Shown: positions 20,022-29,778 of the stretch, in pieces
Position numbering within the stretch: position 1 is the stretch's first letter
How the letters are laid out: each line of letters starts with the position of its first letter
Source of the DNA: an uncultured Actinomycetota bacterium
GTDB lineage: Bacteria; Actinomycetota; Actinomycetes; JAFAQI01
DNA: 64,000 bases
Assembly: GCA_963770565.1 (NCBI GenBank)
Contig: CAVYQE010000002.1
Coordinates: 640,001-704,000 of the forward strand
Direction of reading: 5' to 3'
Position numbers and translations under genes: made by a program
Notes under the pieces: generated by a model
What the model was told of the DNA's origin: nothing
Databases searched by the model: none
What the model saw: only the letters and a program-made list of their open reading frames with translations

Positions 20022-20159
20022 TCGCGATCACACCGCGACCAGCCCTCTCGGCCTGAGACCGAGAAGGCTGTTCGGGAAGTCAGGGTGGCCGGGTCCGACC
20101 GCGACCGCGGACCCGGCAACCCTGTTCGCGCTGCGATGTCGTTCAGCGCGGGCTTGCGG

Positions 20160-20450
20160 CTAGGCAGTGGCAGGGGCGTGTGCCTGCGCGCGACCGCGAA
20201 GCCTGGCGGCGAGCTGCGCGACCACAACGCCGACCAACATCGCAGCCACCGCGATCAGCAGAATCGCCCACGCACTGACTCCGGCGTTGGAAACGGTATG
20301 CACGACCGTCGGCGCTGAGTTGCCCGACGTGATGGCACGTCGAGCGCCCCGCGGCGGGAACGGGACATCCGCCAGAGCGATCTGGCTGGGCACCACGATC
20401 GCAGCGACCAACGTGGTCAGCAGAGCGGCTGCACGAGTGAAGCGAGACAT
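20160..20450 (-). CDS. Small secreted/membrane-anchored hypothetical protein
   Basis: GGAGG RBS; signal peptide plus C-terminal TM helix. Confidence 0.65.
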   Translation of the reverse strand: MSRFTRAAALLTTLVAAIVVPSQIALADVPFPPRGARRAITSGNSAPTVVHTVSNAGVSAWAILLIAVAAMLVGVVVAQLAARLRGRAQAHAPATA

Positions 20451-20490
20451 TGCGAACCTCCGAGATAAGGGCAAACTTGCGGGCAGTCGA

Positions 20491-20559
20491 AAGCTAAGTC
20501 GCCCGCCCATGCGCCCACATCGGTGATGGCTACCTACATTTGCCGGGCCCTTACCCAGA
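20491..20559 (-). promoter_or_regulatory. Putative LAL-activated promoter, copy 2
   Basis: Plus-strand CACATCGG-N7-TACCTACA-N13-TACCCAGA; minus-strand -10 TAGCTT separated from it by 19 nt. Confidence 0.55.
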
Positions 20560-20665
20560 TCTCCGCCACGGCGCTAGCGGTCCACCATCGTGGCTCTCGC
20601 AGCAACCCACGGGTTGCGGTATGCCCGACACCGCTGCTCAGCAGTCGACCTTCACACCGAATCTG

Positions 20666-20738
20666 CGCGCTCGGAGGGATTCGAACCCCCAACCTCTTGA
20701 TCCGTAGTCAAGTGCTCTATCCGTTGAGCTACGAGCGC
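20666..20738 (-). tRNA. tRNA-Arg(ACG)
   Basis: GCGCTCGTAGCTCAACGGATAGAGC...CTTGA-CTACGGA-TCAAG...GGTTCGAATCC; full cloverleaf; CCA not encoded. Confidence 0.97.
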
Positions 20739-21086
20739 TGGGTGCCGACGTACCAGCCGCCGGACAACGAGCCAGGCTACCGGACTGAGTGCCGGTGTGG
20801 CCGAGCCTCAGCGCCGCTCGCTTCGGCGCCGGTCGCTGACCCCTGACTGACTCGCCGAACAGATCCGGCCGGGCGGTGTCGCGACACCCCGCTGATGATC
20901 CTCAACCTGCGCTGTAGGTCGCGACCGTGATCGGATCGCCGACCTCCCGGCCACGTAGGGTGGCGAAGAAAACCTTTGCAGATCAAGAAAAAACTTGGTG
21001 TTGCTCTTTCAACACAACCAAACACCCCCTACTGTCGTCTGACTAGGCGTACGCACTTCCCCCTTCCGTTCCGACGAAAGCCTGAT

Positions 21087-22202
21087 ATGCCGCGCAACGA
21101 GTTCAACTGGACTCCGGCTGGCCGCTCCAAGGGCCGCGACCTCACCCGTCGCGGCCTGCTTGGTGCCGCCGCCGTGATCACTGGCGCCGGCATCGCCGAC
21201 TTCCTGCACCGCTCGGCCACGCACAGCCCGGCGAAGGTGGCCGGCAACACCTCGCCGCAGCTCACCACGCACACCGTGACCGGCAACGAGCCCCGCGTCG
21301 TACCGAGCAAGCTGTCGCGCTCGCACGCGGCGCCGACGCCCACGAGCCACGGCGACCCGCCCGCGCACCACGGCCATGGCCACCACGGCGGCACGGTCCC
21401 CGACACGCACGGGCGGCCGGGCGAGATCGACCACCTGCGCACGCTCGATCGAGTTCAACTGCCACCGGCGAAGACCCGGGTGCGCACCAAGCCGGTTTTC
21501 TACATCGATGACCTGATCCACGACGCGCCCAAGCACGCGATCGCGCTCACGGTCGATGATGGCCCCGACCCCGAATACACCCCGAAGGTGCTCCGGCTGC
21601 TCGACAAGTACCGGATGCAGGCCTCGTTCTGCGTCGTCGGCGCGCACGCCGAGGCCTACCCCAAGCTGATTCGAGACATTCACCGGGCCGGTCATGTAAT
21701 CGTCAACCACACCTTTACCCATGTGCAGCCGTTCAACCGGCAGTCCGAGAGCCGGATCGTCGGCGAGATCACCCGGACTCAGCGCACGCTCGAGAAGGTC
21801 GCCAAGGTCACGCCGCAGCTGTTCCGCGCCCCGGGTGGCGCCTGGTCGCCGTTCATCTTCAAGGCGGTCGCGGCGTACGACCTGATCCCGCTCGACTGGG
21901 ACGTCGACCCGGTCGACTGGTCGCTGCCGGGCACCCGCAAGATCGAGCGCGCCATGCTCCGAGGCCGGCCGAACGACATCGTGCTCTGCCACGACGGCGG
22001 CGGCAACCGCACCGAGACCGTCCGCGCGCTCCGCCACGTCTTGCCCGAGTGGAAGCACCGCGGCTACATCACGATTCCGCTCATCGTGCCGTCGAAGGAT
22101 CTCAACAACCCGCCGCCATCATCACCGCCGCCCACCCAGAGCCCGATCGTCACACCGTCGACGAACCCCTCCGACACCACCGGCGCCACACCGAGTCCGT
22201 AA
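21087..22202 (+). CDS. Polysaccharide deacetylase (NodB/CE4), Tat-exported
   Basis: TRRGLLG twin-arginine motif; LTVDDGP, NHTFTH, FRAPGG, DW and LCHD motifs. Confidence 0.9.
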   Translation: MPRNEFNWTPAGRSKGRDLTRRGLLGAAAVITGAGIADFLHRSATHSPAKVAGNTSPQLTTHTVTGNEPRVVPSKLSRSHAAPTPTSHGDPPAHHGHGHHGGTVPDTHGRPGEIDHLRTLDRVQLPPAKTRVRTKPVFYIDDLIHDAPKHAIALTVDDGPDPEYTPKVLRLLDKYRMQASFCVVGAHAEAYPKLIRDIHRAGHVIVNHTFTHVQPFNRQSESRIVGEITRTQRTLEKVAKVTPQLFRAPGGAWSPFIFKAVAAYDLIPLDWDVDPVDWSLPGTRKIERAMLRGRPNDIVLCHDGGGNRTETVRALRHVLPEWKHRGYITIPLIVPSKDLNNPPPSSPPPTQSPIVTPSTNPSDTTGATPSP

Positions 22203-22212
22203 CCTTCCGCCT

Positions 22213-24816
22213 GTGGCGGCGGACAGCGACTCCGGCTTCAAGCCGCTTCACGACGATGTCCGCCGCCTCGGTGCTTTGCTCGGCCAGGTCGTCAGCGAGT
22301 TCGGCGGGCCCGATCTGTACGACGACGTCGAACGGCTCCGACGCGCGACCCGCGACGTCCGCCGCGACACCCCCGGCGCGATCGACCCGCAACAGCTCGT
22401 CGACGACCTCGACCTGGCCCAGGCCGAGCGGGTGGCCCGCGCCTTCACGGTCTTGTTCCACCTGGTCAACCTGGCTGAGGAGCGGCACCGGGTCAGGGTC
22501 CTGCGCAGCCGCGACCGCATCACCCTCGCGCCGGCCCGCGACTCGCTCGCCGGGGCGGTCGCTGAGCTGACCCCGGACGTCTCCGCGGAAGCGCTCTTGG
22601 GCGTCGAGGTCCACCCGGTGCTGACCGCGCACCCGACCGAGGCCCGCCGCCGGGCCGTCGTTACCGCGCTGCACCGGATCGCCGCGGAGCTCGACCGCTT
22701 CGACGACCCGCGGCTCGGCGACAGCGAGCGAGCCGACGCCGACCGCCGGGTCCGCGAGGAGATCTCCACCCTCTGGCGGACCGCCCTGATCCGGTCAACC
22801 CGGCTTGACCCGCTCGATGAGGTCCGGGCCACGATGGCGGTCTTCGACGAGACGCTCTTCCGGCTCGCGCCGAGCCTCTACCGCGCGACCGCGCGGGCGT
22901 TGGGTGGCGACGGCACCGCGCCACCGCGCACCCCGGCGTACCTCGTCCTCGGCTCCTGGGTCGGCGGCGACCGCGACGGCAACCCGCACGTCACGGCCGA
23001 GGTGACCCGCCAGGCGGTCGAGATCCAGGCCGACCACGTCCTGCGGGCGTTGGAGAACGCCGCAGATCGGATCGGGCGCAGCCTCAGCCAGGCCGCCGAC
23101 ATGACCCCGCCAAGTCCGGCCCTCGCGGCCGCGCTCGACGACGACGCGAGGGCGCACCCCAAGGCCACCGCCGGGGTGGCCAGGGCGGCGGGCGGCCAGC
23201 CGCACCGGCAGAAGGTGCTGTTCGCCGCGGCCCGGATCCGCGCGACCCGGTTGCGCGACGTCGACCTCGCCTATCGTTCGCCCGCCGAACTGCTCGACGA
23301 CCTCAGGCTCGTACAGGCCTCGCTCGACGCCGCGGGCGCGAGCCGCAGCGCGTACGGCGAGCTGCAGAATCTCACTTGGCAGGTGGAAACGTTCGGGTTC
23401 CACCTCGCCGAGCTCGAGATTCGCCAGCACAGTGAGGTGCACGCGGCCGCGCTGCGCGACCTCGACGCGCACGGTGGCGAACCGGCCGAGGACATGACCC
23501 GCGAGGTGCTCGAGACGCTGCGCGCAATGGCAGCGCTGCAGGAGCGCTGGGGCGAGCGCGCCTGCCACCGTTACGTCGTCAGCTTCTGCGCCTCCGCCGC
23601 CGACATCGAGGCTGTCCCGCGGCTCGCCAGGCACGCGCTCGGGGAGCGCGTCGACCGGCTCGCGCTCACCGTCGTACCGCTGTTCGAGACCGGCGAGGAC
23701 CTGCGGCGCTGCACCAGCATCCTCGATGAATGGGTCGCCGCGAACGGCCGGCCCGAGCAGCTGGAGGTGATGCTCGGCTACTCCGACTCCGCCAAGGACG
23801 TCGGGCCGCTGTCGGCGAACCTCCTGCTGTACGACGCGCAAGCACGGCTCGCCGACTGGGCCCGGCAGCACGGCGTCGCGCTCACGCTCTTCCATGGCCG
23901 CGGCGGCTCACTTGGGCGCGGCGGTGGGCCGGTCAACCGTGCGATCCTGGCCCAGCCGCCGGGCAGCGTGGCCGGCCGGTTCAAGGTGACAGAGCAGGGT
24001 GAGGTCGTCTTCGCCCGATACGGCAACCCGCGGATCGCCGAGCGCCACCTCGAACAGGTGACGGCCGCGGTCCTGCTCGCCGACACTCCGGCGGTCAGCG
24101 CGGCAATCTCTCGGGCCGCGGTCCGGTTTGCCGACCTCGGGCGGGTGATGGAGGAAGCCAGCCGGCTCGCATACCGCGACCTGGTCGAAACCGACGGCTT
24201 CGCCGACTTCTTCGCCCGGGTCAGTCCGCTCGAGGAGCTCTCCGATCTTGCGCTTGGCTCGCGTCCGGCCCGTCGCGGCGGCGGCTCATCGGGCCGGGGT
24301 CGCACGCTCGCCGACCTGCGGGCGATCCCGTGGGTGTTCGCCTGGTCGCAGACCCGCTGCAACCTGACCGGCTGGTACGGCCTCGGCAGCGGGCTCGCGG
24401 CCGCTCCTGACGTCGACGAGTTGCAGACGGCGTACCGGGAATGGCCGCTGTTCACCGCGCTGATCGACAACGTCGAGATGTCGCTCGCGAAGACCGACCG
24501 GGTCGTCGCCGAGCGCTACCTCGCCCTCGGCGACCGGCCCGACCTCACCGCGCGGATCCTCGCCGAGCTCGACCGCACGACCGACCTGGTGCTGACCGTG
24601 CTCGGCACCGGCCGGCTGCTCGAACGCCGGCACATCTTGGCGGCGGCGGTCGACCTGCGCAACCCGTACGTCGACGCGCTCTCGCACCTCCAGCTGCGCG
24701 CGCTCCGCGCGCTACGCGGCCATGACTACGCCGACGCGGGCGAGGAGGAGCGGCTGCGCAAGCTGCTTCTGCTCAGCGTCAACGGCGTCGCGGCCGGCCT
24801 GCAGAACACCGGCTAA
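22213..24816 (+). CDS. ppc: Phosphoenolpyruvate carboxylase
   Basis: VLTAHPTE, SWVGGDRDGNP, VMLGYSDSAKD, FHGRGGSLGRGG, LRAIPW and C-terminal LQNTG. Confidence 0.97.
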   Translation: MAADSDSGFKPLHDDVRRLGALLGQVVSEFGGPDLYDDVERLRRATRDVRRDTPGAIDPQQLVDDLDLAQAERVARAFTVLFHLVNLAEERHRVRVLRSRDRITLAPARDSLAGAVAELTPDVSAEALLGVEVHPVLTAHPTEARRRAVVTALHRIAAELDRFDDPRLGDSERADADRRVREEISTLWRTALIRSTRLDPLDEVRATMAVFDETLFRLAPSLYRATARALGGDGTAPPRTPAYLVLGSWVGGDRDGNPHVTAEVTRQAVEIQADHVLRALENAADRIGRSLSQAADMTPPSPALAAALDDDARAHPKATAGVARAAGGQPHRQKVLFAAARIRATRLRDVDLAYRSPAELLDDLRLVQASLDAAGASRSAYGELQNLTWQVETFGFHLAELEIRQHSEVHAAALRDLDAHGGEPAEDMTREVLETLRAMAALQERWGERACHRYVVSFCASAADIEAVPRLARHALGERVDRLALTVVPLFETGEDLRRCTSILDEWVAANGRPEQLEVMLGYSDSAKDVGPLSANLLLYDAQARLADWARQHGVALTLFHGRGGSLGRGGGPVNRAILAQPPGSVAGRFKVTEQGEVVFARYGNPRIAERHLEQVTAAVLLADTPAVSAAISRAAVRFADLGRVMEEASRLAYRDLVETDGFADFFARVSPLEELSDLALGSRPARRGGGSSGRGRTLADLRAIPWVFAWSQTRCNLTGWYGLGSGLAAAPDVDELQTAYREWPLFTALIDNVEMSLAKTDRVVAERYLALGDRPDLTARILAELDRTTDLVLTVLGTGRLLERRHILAAAVDLRNPYVDALSHLQLRALRALRGHDYADAGEEERLRKLLLLSVNGVAAGLQNTG

Positions 24817-24858
24817 GGGCGGCATCCAACCCGACCGGCCCATCGGGCTGGCGCCGTA

Positions 24859-24943
24859 CCAAGCAATGTCACATTGCCCCGGGAAACCCGGGGGCAATGT
24901 GACACCACCCCCTCAAAGTGCAGGGCAATGTCACATTGCTTGG
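24859..24943. repeat. Modular palindromic repeat, family A copy 2 (85 bp)
   Basis: Same termini; cores centred at 24870, 24901, 24932; between convergent genes. Confidence 0.9.
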
Positions 24944-24946
24944 CTG

Positions 24947-26176
24947 CTAGCAGGCGGGGACGCGGGGCAGGGCGTCGGGCCGGCGCAGGGTGGCAACGCC
25001 ATACCGCACCAGCGGGGCCGAGACCTTGTGCCACGAGCTACCGCCGAGGTTTTCGGCGAGCGGCACAAAGGGGGTCGGGTGCGCCACACCGCACTCACCG
25101 TTGCGCGACCACTGACCCACGGCCGCGCCGCCAGCACTCGACACGCTGATCGCGTTCAGCTGCGAGTCATGGCCCGGCGAGGCCGCGTGCCCGTTTCGCC
25201 ACTTTCCGCCGCTGTAGACCAGGACGTACGCCGAGCTCACGGTGCCCGTCTTCGCGCTGCTAGTGCCGGCGAGGTAGGCATGAGAGCCGGATGCCGACAG
25301 GGCCGAGGTCTGCGCGTAATAGCCCGGCGAGGCGACCTTGACCCGTGACCACTTCTTGCCGTTCCAGTGCTCGGTGAACGGCTGGGGGTGCAGGGTCGTC
25401 GTGCCCACCGAGATCGATCCGGCCACCCAGGTGTTCTTCGAGGAGGTGGTCGCGATCCGGTTGACCGACGCGCCGGACGGCAGCGTGAGCTGCATCACCT
25501 TGAACTTGTGACCGTTCCAGAACGTGACCACAACGCCCTTGACGTCAGTGCCGAGGATCCACACGTTCTTCGCGCTCGAGGTGCTGACCGCGCTGTCGTT
25601 GAACCCGGTCTGCTTGGTGTCCTTCAGCACAGCCCACTTGTGACCGTTCCAGTGCGCGATCAACGGGGTCGACGTTGGCAGCCCGTCACCGACCGCCCAG
25701 GCATTCGACGCCGACGAGGCCGACACCGAGAGGAACTGGCCCTGCCCGATCGAGGTCTTCTCCGGCTTGAAGCCGCCGCCCGTGGAGTGCTCGATCAGGG
25801 TCGTGTCCGATGTACCGCCGAAGACGTCGCCGACGATCCAGGCCGAATGCGGCGATCCGGCCGCGACGTCGAACAGCTGGTCGCTCGTGACAGGGCTCGG
25901 CAGCTTCACGGTCACCTTCGACCAGTGCGAGCCGGATCGGCGCAGCGCGTACGGCGTCGACCCCGCGTTGGTCGACTGCATGCCAAGGGCGAACGCAGTG
26001 GTGGAGTGCGGCGCGACCGACACCGCGCTCAGCGATGCGGTCGTTATCTTGGCATTCGAGTGGGCCGCCGGGTGGCGGGTGGCACCGGACGCCGCGGAGC
26101 CGCTAGCGACCGCAGCCACGACGAGGCCTGACGCGATCGAAACGAGGGCAGCCCGACGGGCCAGCGAAGTCAGCAT
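24947..26176 (-). CDS. Secreted beta-propeller-like repeat protein
   Basis: Signal peptide; repeated S..NAWAVG...HWNG..W units. Confidence 0.8.
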   Translation of the reverse strand: MLTSLARRAALVSIASGLVVAAVASGSAASGATRHPAAHSNAKITTASLSAVSVAPHSTTAFALGMQSTNAGSTPYALRRSGSHWSKVTVKLPSPVTSDQLFDVAAGSPHSAWIVGDVFGGTSDTTLIEHSTGGGFKPEKTSIGQGQFLSVSASSASNAWAVGDGLPTSTPLIAHWNGHKWAVLKDTKQTGFNDSAVSTSSAKNVWILGTDVKGVVVTFWNGHKFKVMQLTLPSGASVNRIATTSSKNTWVAGSISVGTTTLHPQPFTEHWNGKKWSRVKVASPGYYAQTSALSASGSHAYLAGTSSAKTGTVSSAYVLVYSGGKWRNGHAASPGHDSQLNAISVSSAGGAAVGQWSRNGECGVAHPTPFVPLAENLGGSSWHKVSAPLVRYGVATLRRPDALPRVPAC

Positions 26177-26283
26177 GCGGAGGACCCTAGTGCAACGCTT
26201 AGCGGCCCTGCAGGCGATCCGCCAGACCAGCCCGAATCACCACTCCGCACCGACCTCATGCAGCGTGAAACGTGCCGCGTGGG

Positions 26284-26306
26284 CCAAGCAATGTCACATT
26301 GCTTGG
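26284..26306. repeat. Family A repeat, minimal 23-bp form
   Basis: CCAAGCAATGTCACATTGCTTGG: both termini joined with no internal module. Confidence 0.85.
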
Positions 26307-26327
26307 GCGACGGGGTGGGGCGTGGCC

Positions 26328-26383
26328 GAGGCTCCGGGATTTGAACCCGGGATGGGCGCGAACCCAAACCGCATTAGCAGTGC
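26328..26383 (-). repeat. att site: displaced 3' part of tRNA-Ser(GCT), 56-bp direct repeat
   Basis: Identical to 43303-43358; spans anticodon arm to acceptor stem; lacks the 5' part of the tRNA. Confidence 0.95.
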
Positions 26384-27199
26384 TCCGTGAAGCTGTCCGT
26401 AGGTGGCCGCCGATGACCACCGATGACCGGCCTGGAAAGCGTTGATGCAGGTCAGGGCCTTGCGCCGGCCCGCGACGCACTTTGGCGGACAATCGCGGAC
26501 GCCGCAACGTTGTGCGAGAACTGCAACTGAAACTGCAACTGGTGGCAACCGAGACAGTGACCCAGGCGACGACGCCGGATGTGCGTCTGACAGCCCTCTC
26601 GTGGGTGAGGATCGAACCCATCGAGCAGGCCCAGGCTAAAGAGTGCCCGTGAACCCGCGCGGGCAGGCTCCTGACCTGCAACTTCACCGCAGAAGGCAGG
26701 ATTTGAGCGTGGCTTCCTTACCGACCTGAACCGTGGCGAACATTTCCTGGCAGACGCTGATGCCCTGTGCATCGAAATCACAATGGAGGTGCGGCGGCTC
26801 AGAACGGCACGCCCGCTCGGTGCGCGGTACGTACGCCGGAGGCTGCGGCGGCCAGCCATCGCTGGACGCCGCGGCGGAGTCCACGAACCCAGAACATGCC
26901 CCCGGGCGCTGGTGGGGCGCTCATGCGAGAGACGAGGTCGAGCATCAGAGGCGGCCTTTGTCGAAGCGGTCGGGGTCCGATGTGCCGGCCGCCTCGCTGA
27001 CTCAGCGAGGGACCGCGACAGCCCAACAGTGCGAGTCGTTGACCGCGAGGAGCTCGACTCCGAGCAGGCTTGAACGCCAGACGGCGCTGCTTCCGCTCCC
27101 GCTCCGAGGCCGATGCATCCATCAAGTCCAGCAGATGCCGGTCAGATCAGCAACCGGTTGGGACGCCCGCAGCCGCGTCCTAACCCGCCCGGTCTCGCC

Positions 27200-29407
27200 T
27201 TAGTGCGAGAACCGCACCGTCGGCAGCGCGCGGCGTAGCCACCGCGGGCTGTACCAGGCGTTGTGACCTGTCAGGCGAAGGATCACAGGCAGGATGATCA
27301 ACCGGATCGACAACGCGTCAAGGAAGACTGCCACCGCCAGGATGACGCCCATCTCCTTGGGTGCGAGCGGGCCGGACAGCGCGAATGTGAGAAAGACCGC
27401 AACCATGACGCCGGCAGCCGCGACGACTACCCGCCCCGAGGTCCGCAACGCGGTGCGCATCGCGTCGTACGGGTCGCCGGTCGCGTCGTAGTGCTCACGC
27501 GCGGCGGACAGCAAGAACAGCGTGTAGTCCATCGCGACGCCCGAGAGCATCGCTCCGAAGAACAGCGGTGCCCAGGCGTCCACAAACCCCTGCGGCTGGA
27601 AGTGAAGCAGCCCGGACAGGTGGCCGTCCTGGAAGATCAGCCGGGCGACACCGAACGCGGCTGCGATCGAGGCGAGGTTGGTGATCACACCGGCAAACGC
27701 GACAAGCGGGCTACCGAGCGCGACGAGCAGTAGCAGGAACCCGAGCAAGATCAGCAGACCGAAAACCAACGGCGTGCGTGCGCTGAGGACCTTCTGCAGG
27801 TCGTGGTTCTCGGCAGCAGCACCGCCGATCAGCGTGCCGGCCGGGAGCTCGGTACGGATCCGGTCGATGGTCGCTCCGGTCGTCGCGCTGGAAGCGTCTG
27901 TGGTTGGGACCGCAAGAAGCATCTCGTACCCGTGACTGGTGCCGCCTGGCATCACAGCAGCGATGCCTCGATCGGCGCGAAGCGCACTGGTTGCCTCGCC
28001 GACCGACGAGCTCGGCGCCACGATTTGCAGGGTGCCCGGTGCGCCAGGACCGAACGCGCTCACGACCTGTTCATAGCCGGCGCGTGCCGACTGGTCCGCG
28101 GGCACGATCGCGATACTCGGCATCCCGGTGCGCAGGCCCAGCACGGGCCAGGCGAGCATCGCGAGAAGTGCGACCACAAACGACGCGGCCAGCCAGGGAC
28201 GGCGGTGCAGCAGACCGCCCCACCGATGGAGCAGATTCTCCAGGCCGCGCGGGAGATGCGGCTCGTGGAAGTGTCGCCGTTCGAACGCCTTGATCTGCCT
28301 TCGCGCCTCGCCGAACGGGAGTGCTCCATTGTTGATCCGCGGGCCGAGTCGGCCGAGCACGGCGGGCAGCAGCGTCAGCGTCGCGGCAAGTACGGCGACA
28401 ACGGCGAGCATGATCCCGAGCGCCATACTGCGGAACGCCGGGCTGGGCACGATCAGCACGGTCGACAGCGACACGAGGACGGTCAGGCCGCTGAACGCGA
28501 CCGCCTTGCCAGCGGTTGCCATCGTCTCGCCGACGGCACCAATCGCGTCGTCGCCACCACGGCGGGCCATCGCGTGACGAAACCGTACGACGATGAACAA
28601 GGCGTAGTCGATGCCGAGCGCAAGTGCAAACATCATGGCGAAGTTCAAGGCCCAGATGCTGATCGGTGCCACCCTGGTCGCCACTACGAGAGCTCCCGCG
28701 GCGCTCAACAGCCCGACGAGGGTCAACATCAGTGGCAGGCCTGCTGCAACGAGGCTGCCGAAGGCAAGCACGAGGACGGCCAGCGTGACCGGCCAGGAAA
28801 GGATCTCTGAGCGAATCATCGCCGAGTGATTCACCTTGTTGAAGTCCGACCACAACGCGCTGTCACCGGTGAGCTCCACTGACACCGACGAACTCGACAG
28901 CTTCGACAGGGGACCGGTCAGCGCGTCTGCGGCGCGAACCATGTCATTGGCGCCGGCTGCGGCACCGGCTTGGATCACCCCGGTCCGGCCATCACGTGAG
29001 AGGCTTACACCCGCAGTCGGACCGACCACTGTGCTCACTCGAGGGTCGGCGCGCAAGAGTTTCTCGACGCGGCTCACTGCCGCTTGAGCGGCCGGGTCCG
29101 TCGCGATTGGCCGGGTCGAGTCATGAACGACAACCTGCAGTGCAGTGGCGCTCAAACCGGCGAAGTCGCGGGCGATCACCGCACGAGCCTGGACCGACTG
29201 GCTCCCGTTCGCCTGCCACCCGGCTCCCGCTAAGGACGAGTCCACCTTAGGCGCGAACGCGCCGAAGCCAACAAGAACGACCAACCAGCCGAGGAGCACG
29301 ATCCGGAAGTGAGTGGCAGCCCACACGCCCAGCCGGGCCAGCCACGCCGGGCTCGGTGTCGCTGCGGGGCTCGGCGGGGTCGTCGCGCGCGGGGCGACGG
29401 TTGTCAT
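27200..29407 (-). CDS. MMPL family (RND-type) transporter
   Basis: Two TM bundles; ALGIDYALF...RFR and GVAMDY..FL motifs; AAGGAG RBS. Confidence 0.92.
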   Translation of the reverse strand: MTTVAPRATTPPSPAATPSPAWLARLGVWAATHFRIVLLGWLVVLVGFGAFAPKVDSSLAGAGWQANGSQSVQARAVIARDFAGLSATALQVVVHDSTRPIATDPAAQAAVSRVEKLLRADPRVSTVVGPTAGVSLSRDGRTGVIQAGAAAGANDMVRAADALTGPLSKLSSSSVSVELTGDSALWSDFNKVNHSAMIRSEILSWPVTLAVLVLAFGSLVAAGLPLMLTLVGLLSAAGALVVATRVAPISIWALNFAMMFALALGIDYALFIVVRFRHAMARRGGDDAIGAVGETMATAGKAVAFSGLTVLVSLSTVLIVPSPAFRSMALGIMLAVVAVLAATLTLLPAVLGRLGPRINNGALPFGEARRQIKAFERRHFHEPHLPRGLENLLHRWGGLLHRRPWLAASFVVALLAMLAWPVLGLRTGMPSIAIVPADQSARAGYEQVVSAFGPGAPGTLQIVAPSSSVGEATSALRADRGIAAVMPGGTSHGYEMLLAVPTTDASSATTGATIDRIRTELPAGTLIGGAAAENHDLQKVLSARTPLVFGLLILLGFLLLLVALGSPLVAFAGVITNLASIAAAFGVARLIFQDGHLSGLLHFQPQGFVDAWAPLFFGAMLSGVAMDYTLFLLSAAREHYDATGDPYDAMRTALRTSGRVVVAAAGVMVAVFLTFALSGPLAPKEMGVILAVAVFLDALSIRLIILPVILRLTGHNAWYSPRWLRRALPTVRFSH

Positions 29408-29420
29408 GGTTCTCCTTACA

Positions 29421-29436
29421 TTGCCCGGTAGGGTAT
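29421..29436. promoter_or_regulatory. CsoR/CstR-type operator (degenerate) upstream of MMPL
   Basis: TTGCCCGGTAGGGTAT versus consensus ATACCC-N4-GGGTAT. Confidence 0.5.
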
Positions 29437-29474
29437 CTGTGATCCACTAACGATCAGCTGCGTATTGAGTCCGA

Positions 29475-29744
29475 TCAGGCCAAGCTGAGAAAGAGCTTCT
29501 CCATCTGGTCCGGGCTCAACGGCTCAACCTCACCCGCGGCGGCCGCCGACATGCACTGCCGCATCCCAGAGGCGAGCAACTTGTAGCCGGCGCGGTCGAA
29601 CGCCTTGCTCACCGCGGCCATCTGGGTCACGATGTCGGCGCAGTCCCGGCCGTCCTCGAGCATCCGGATCACACCGCCGACCTGTCCCTCGATTCGGCGC
29701 AGGCGCTTGACGATCTCGTCGGTCGCGCCGTTGTCGAGCTCCAT
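29475..29744 (-). CDS. CsoR/RcnR-family repressor, CstR-like (persulfide-sensing)
   Basis: RLRRIEGQVGGVIRM..RDC..IVTQ; second Cys in SGMRQC, with Gly where Cu-sensing CsoRs have His. Confidence 0.88.
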   Translation of the reverse strand: MELDNGATDEIVKRLRRIEGQVGGVIRMLEDGRDCADIVTQMAAVSKAFDRAGYKLLASGMRQCMSAAAAGEVEPLSPDQMEKLFLSLA

Positions 29745-29778
29745 GTGCATTTCCTTCCTCAGCGATGTCGATCTGACC

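Noticed and set aside
26323-26420. A second complete tRNA-Ser
   Set aside because: Identity stops within the anticodon stem; no D arm or 5' acceptor strand
26384-27199. Integrase or other CDS at the island's left end
   Set aside because: No frame shows recombinase motifs or convincing coding character
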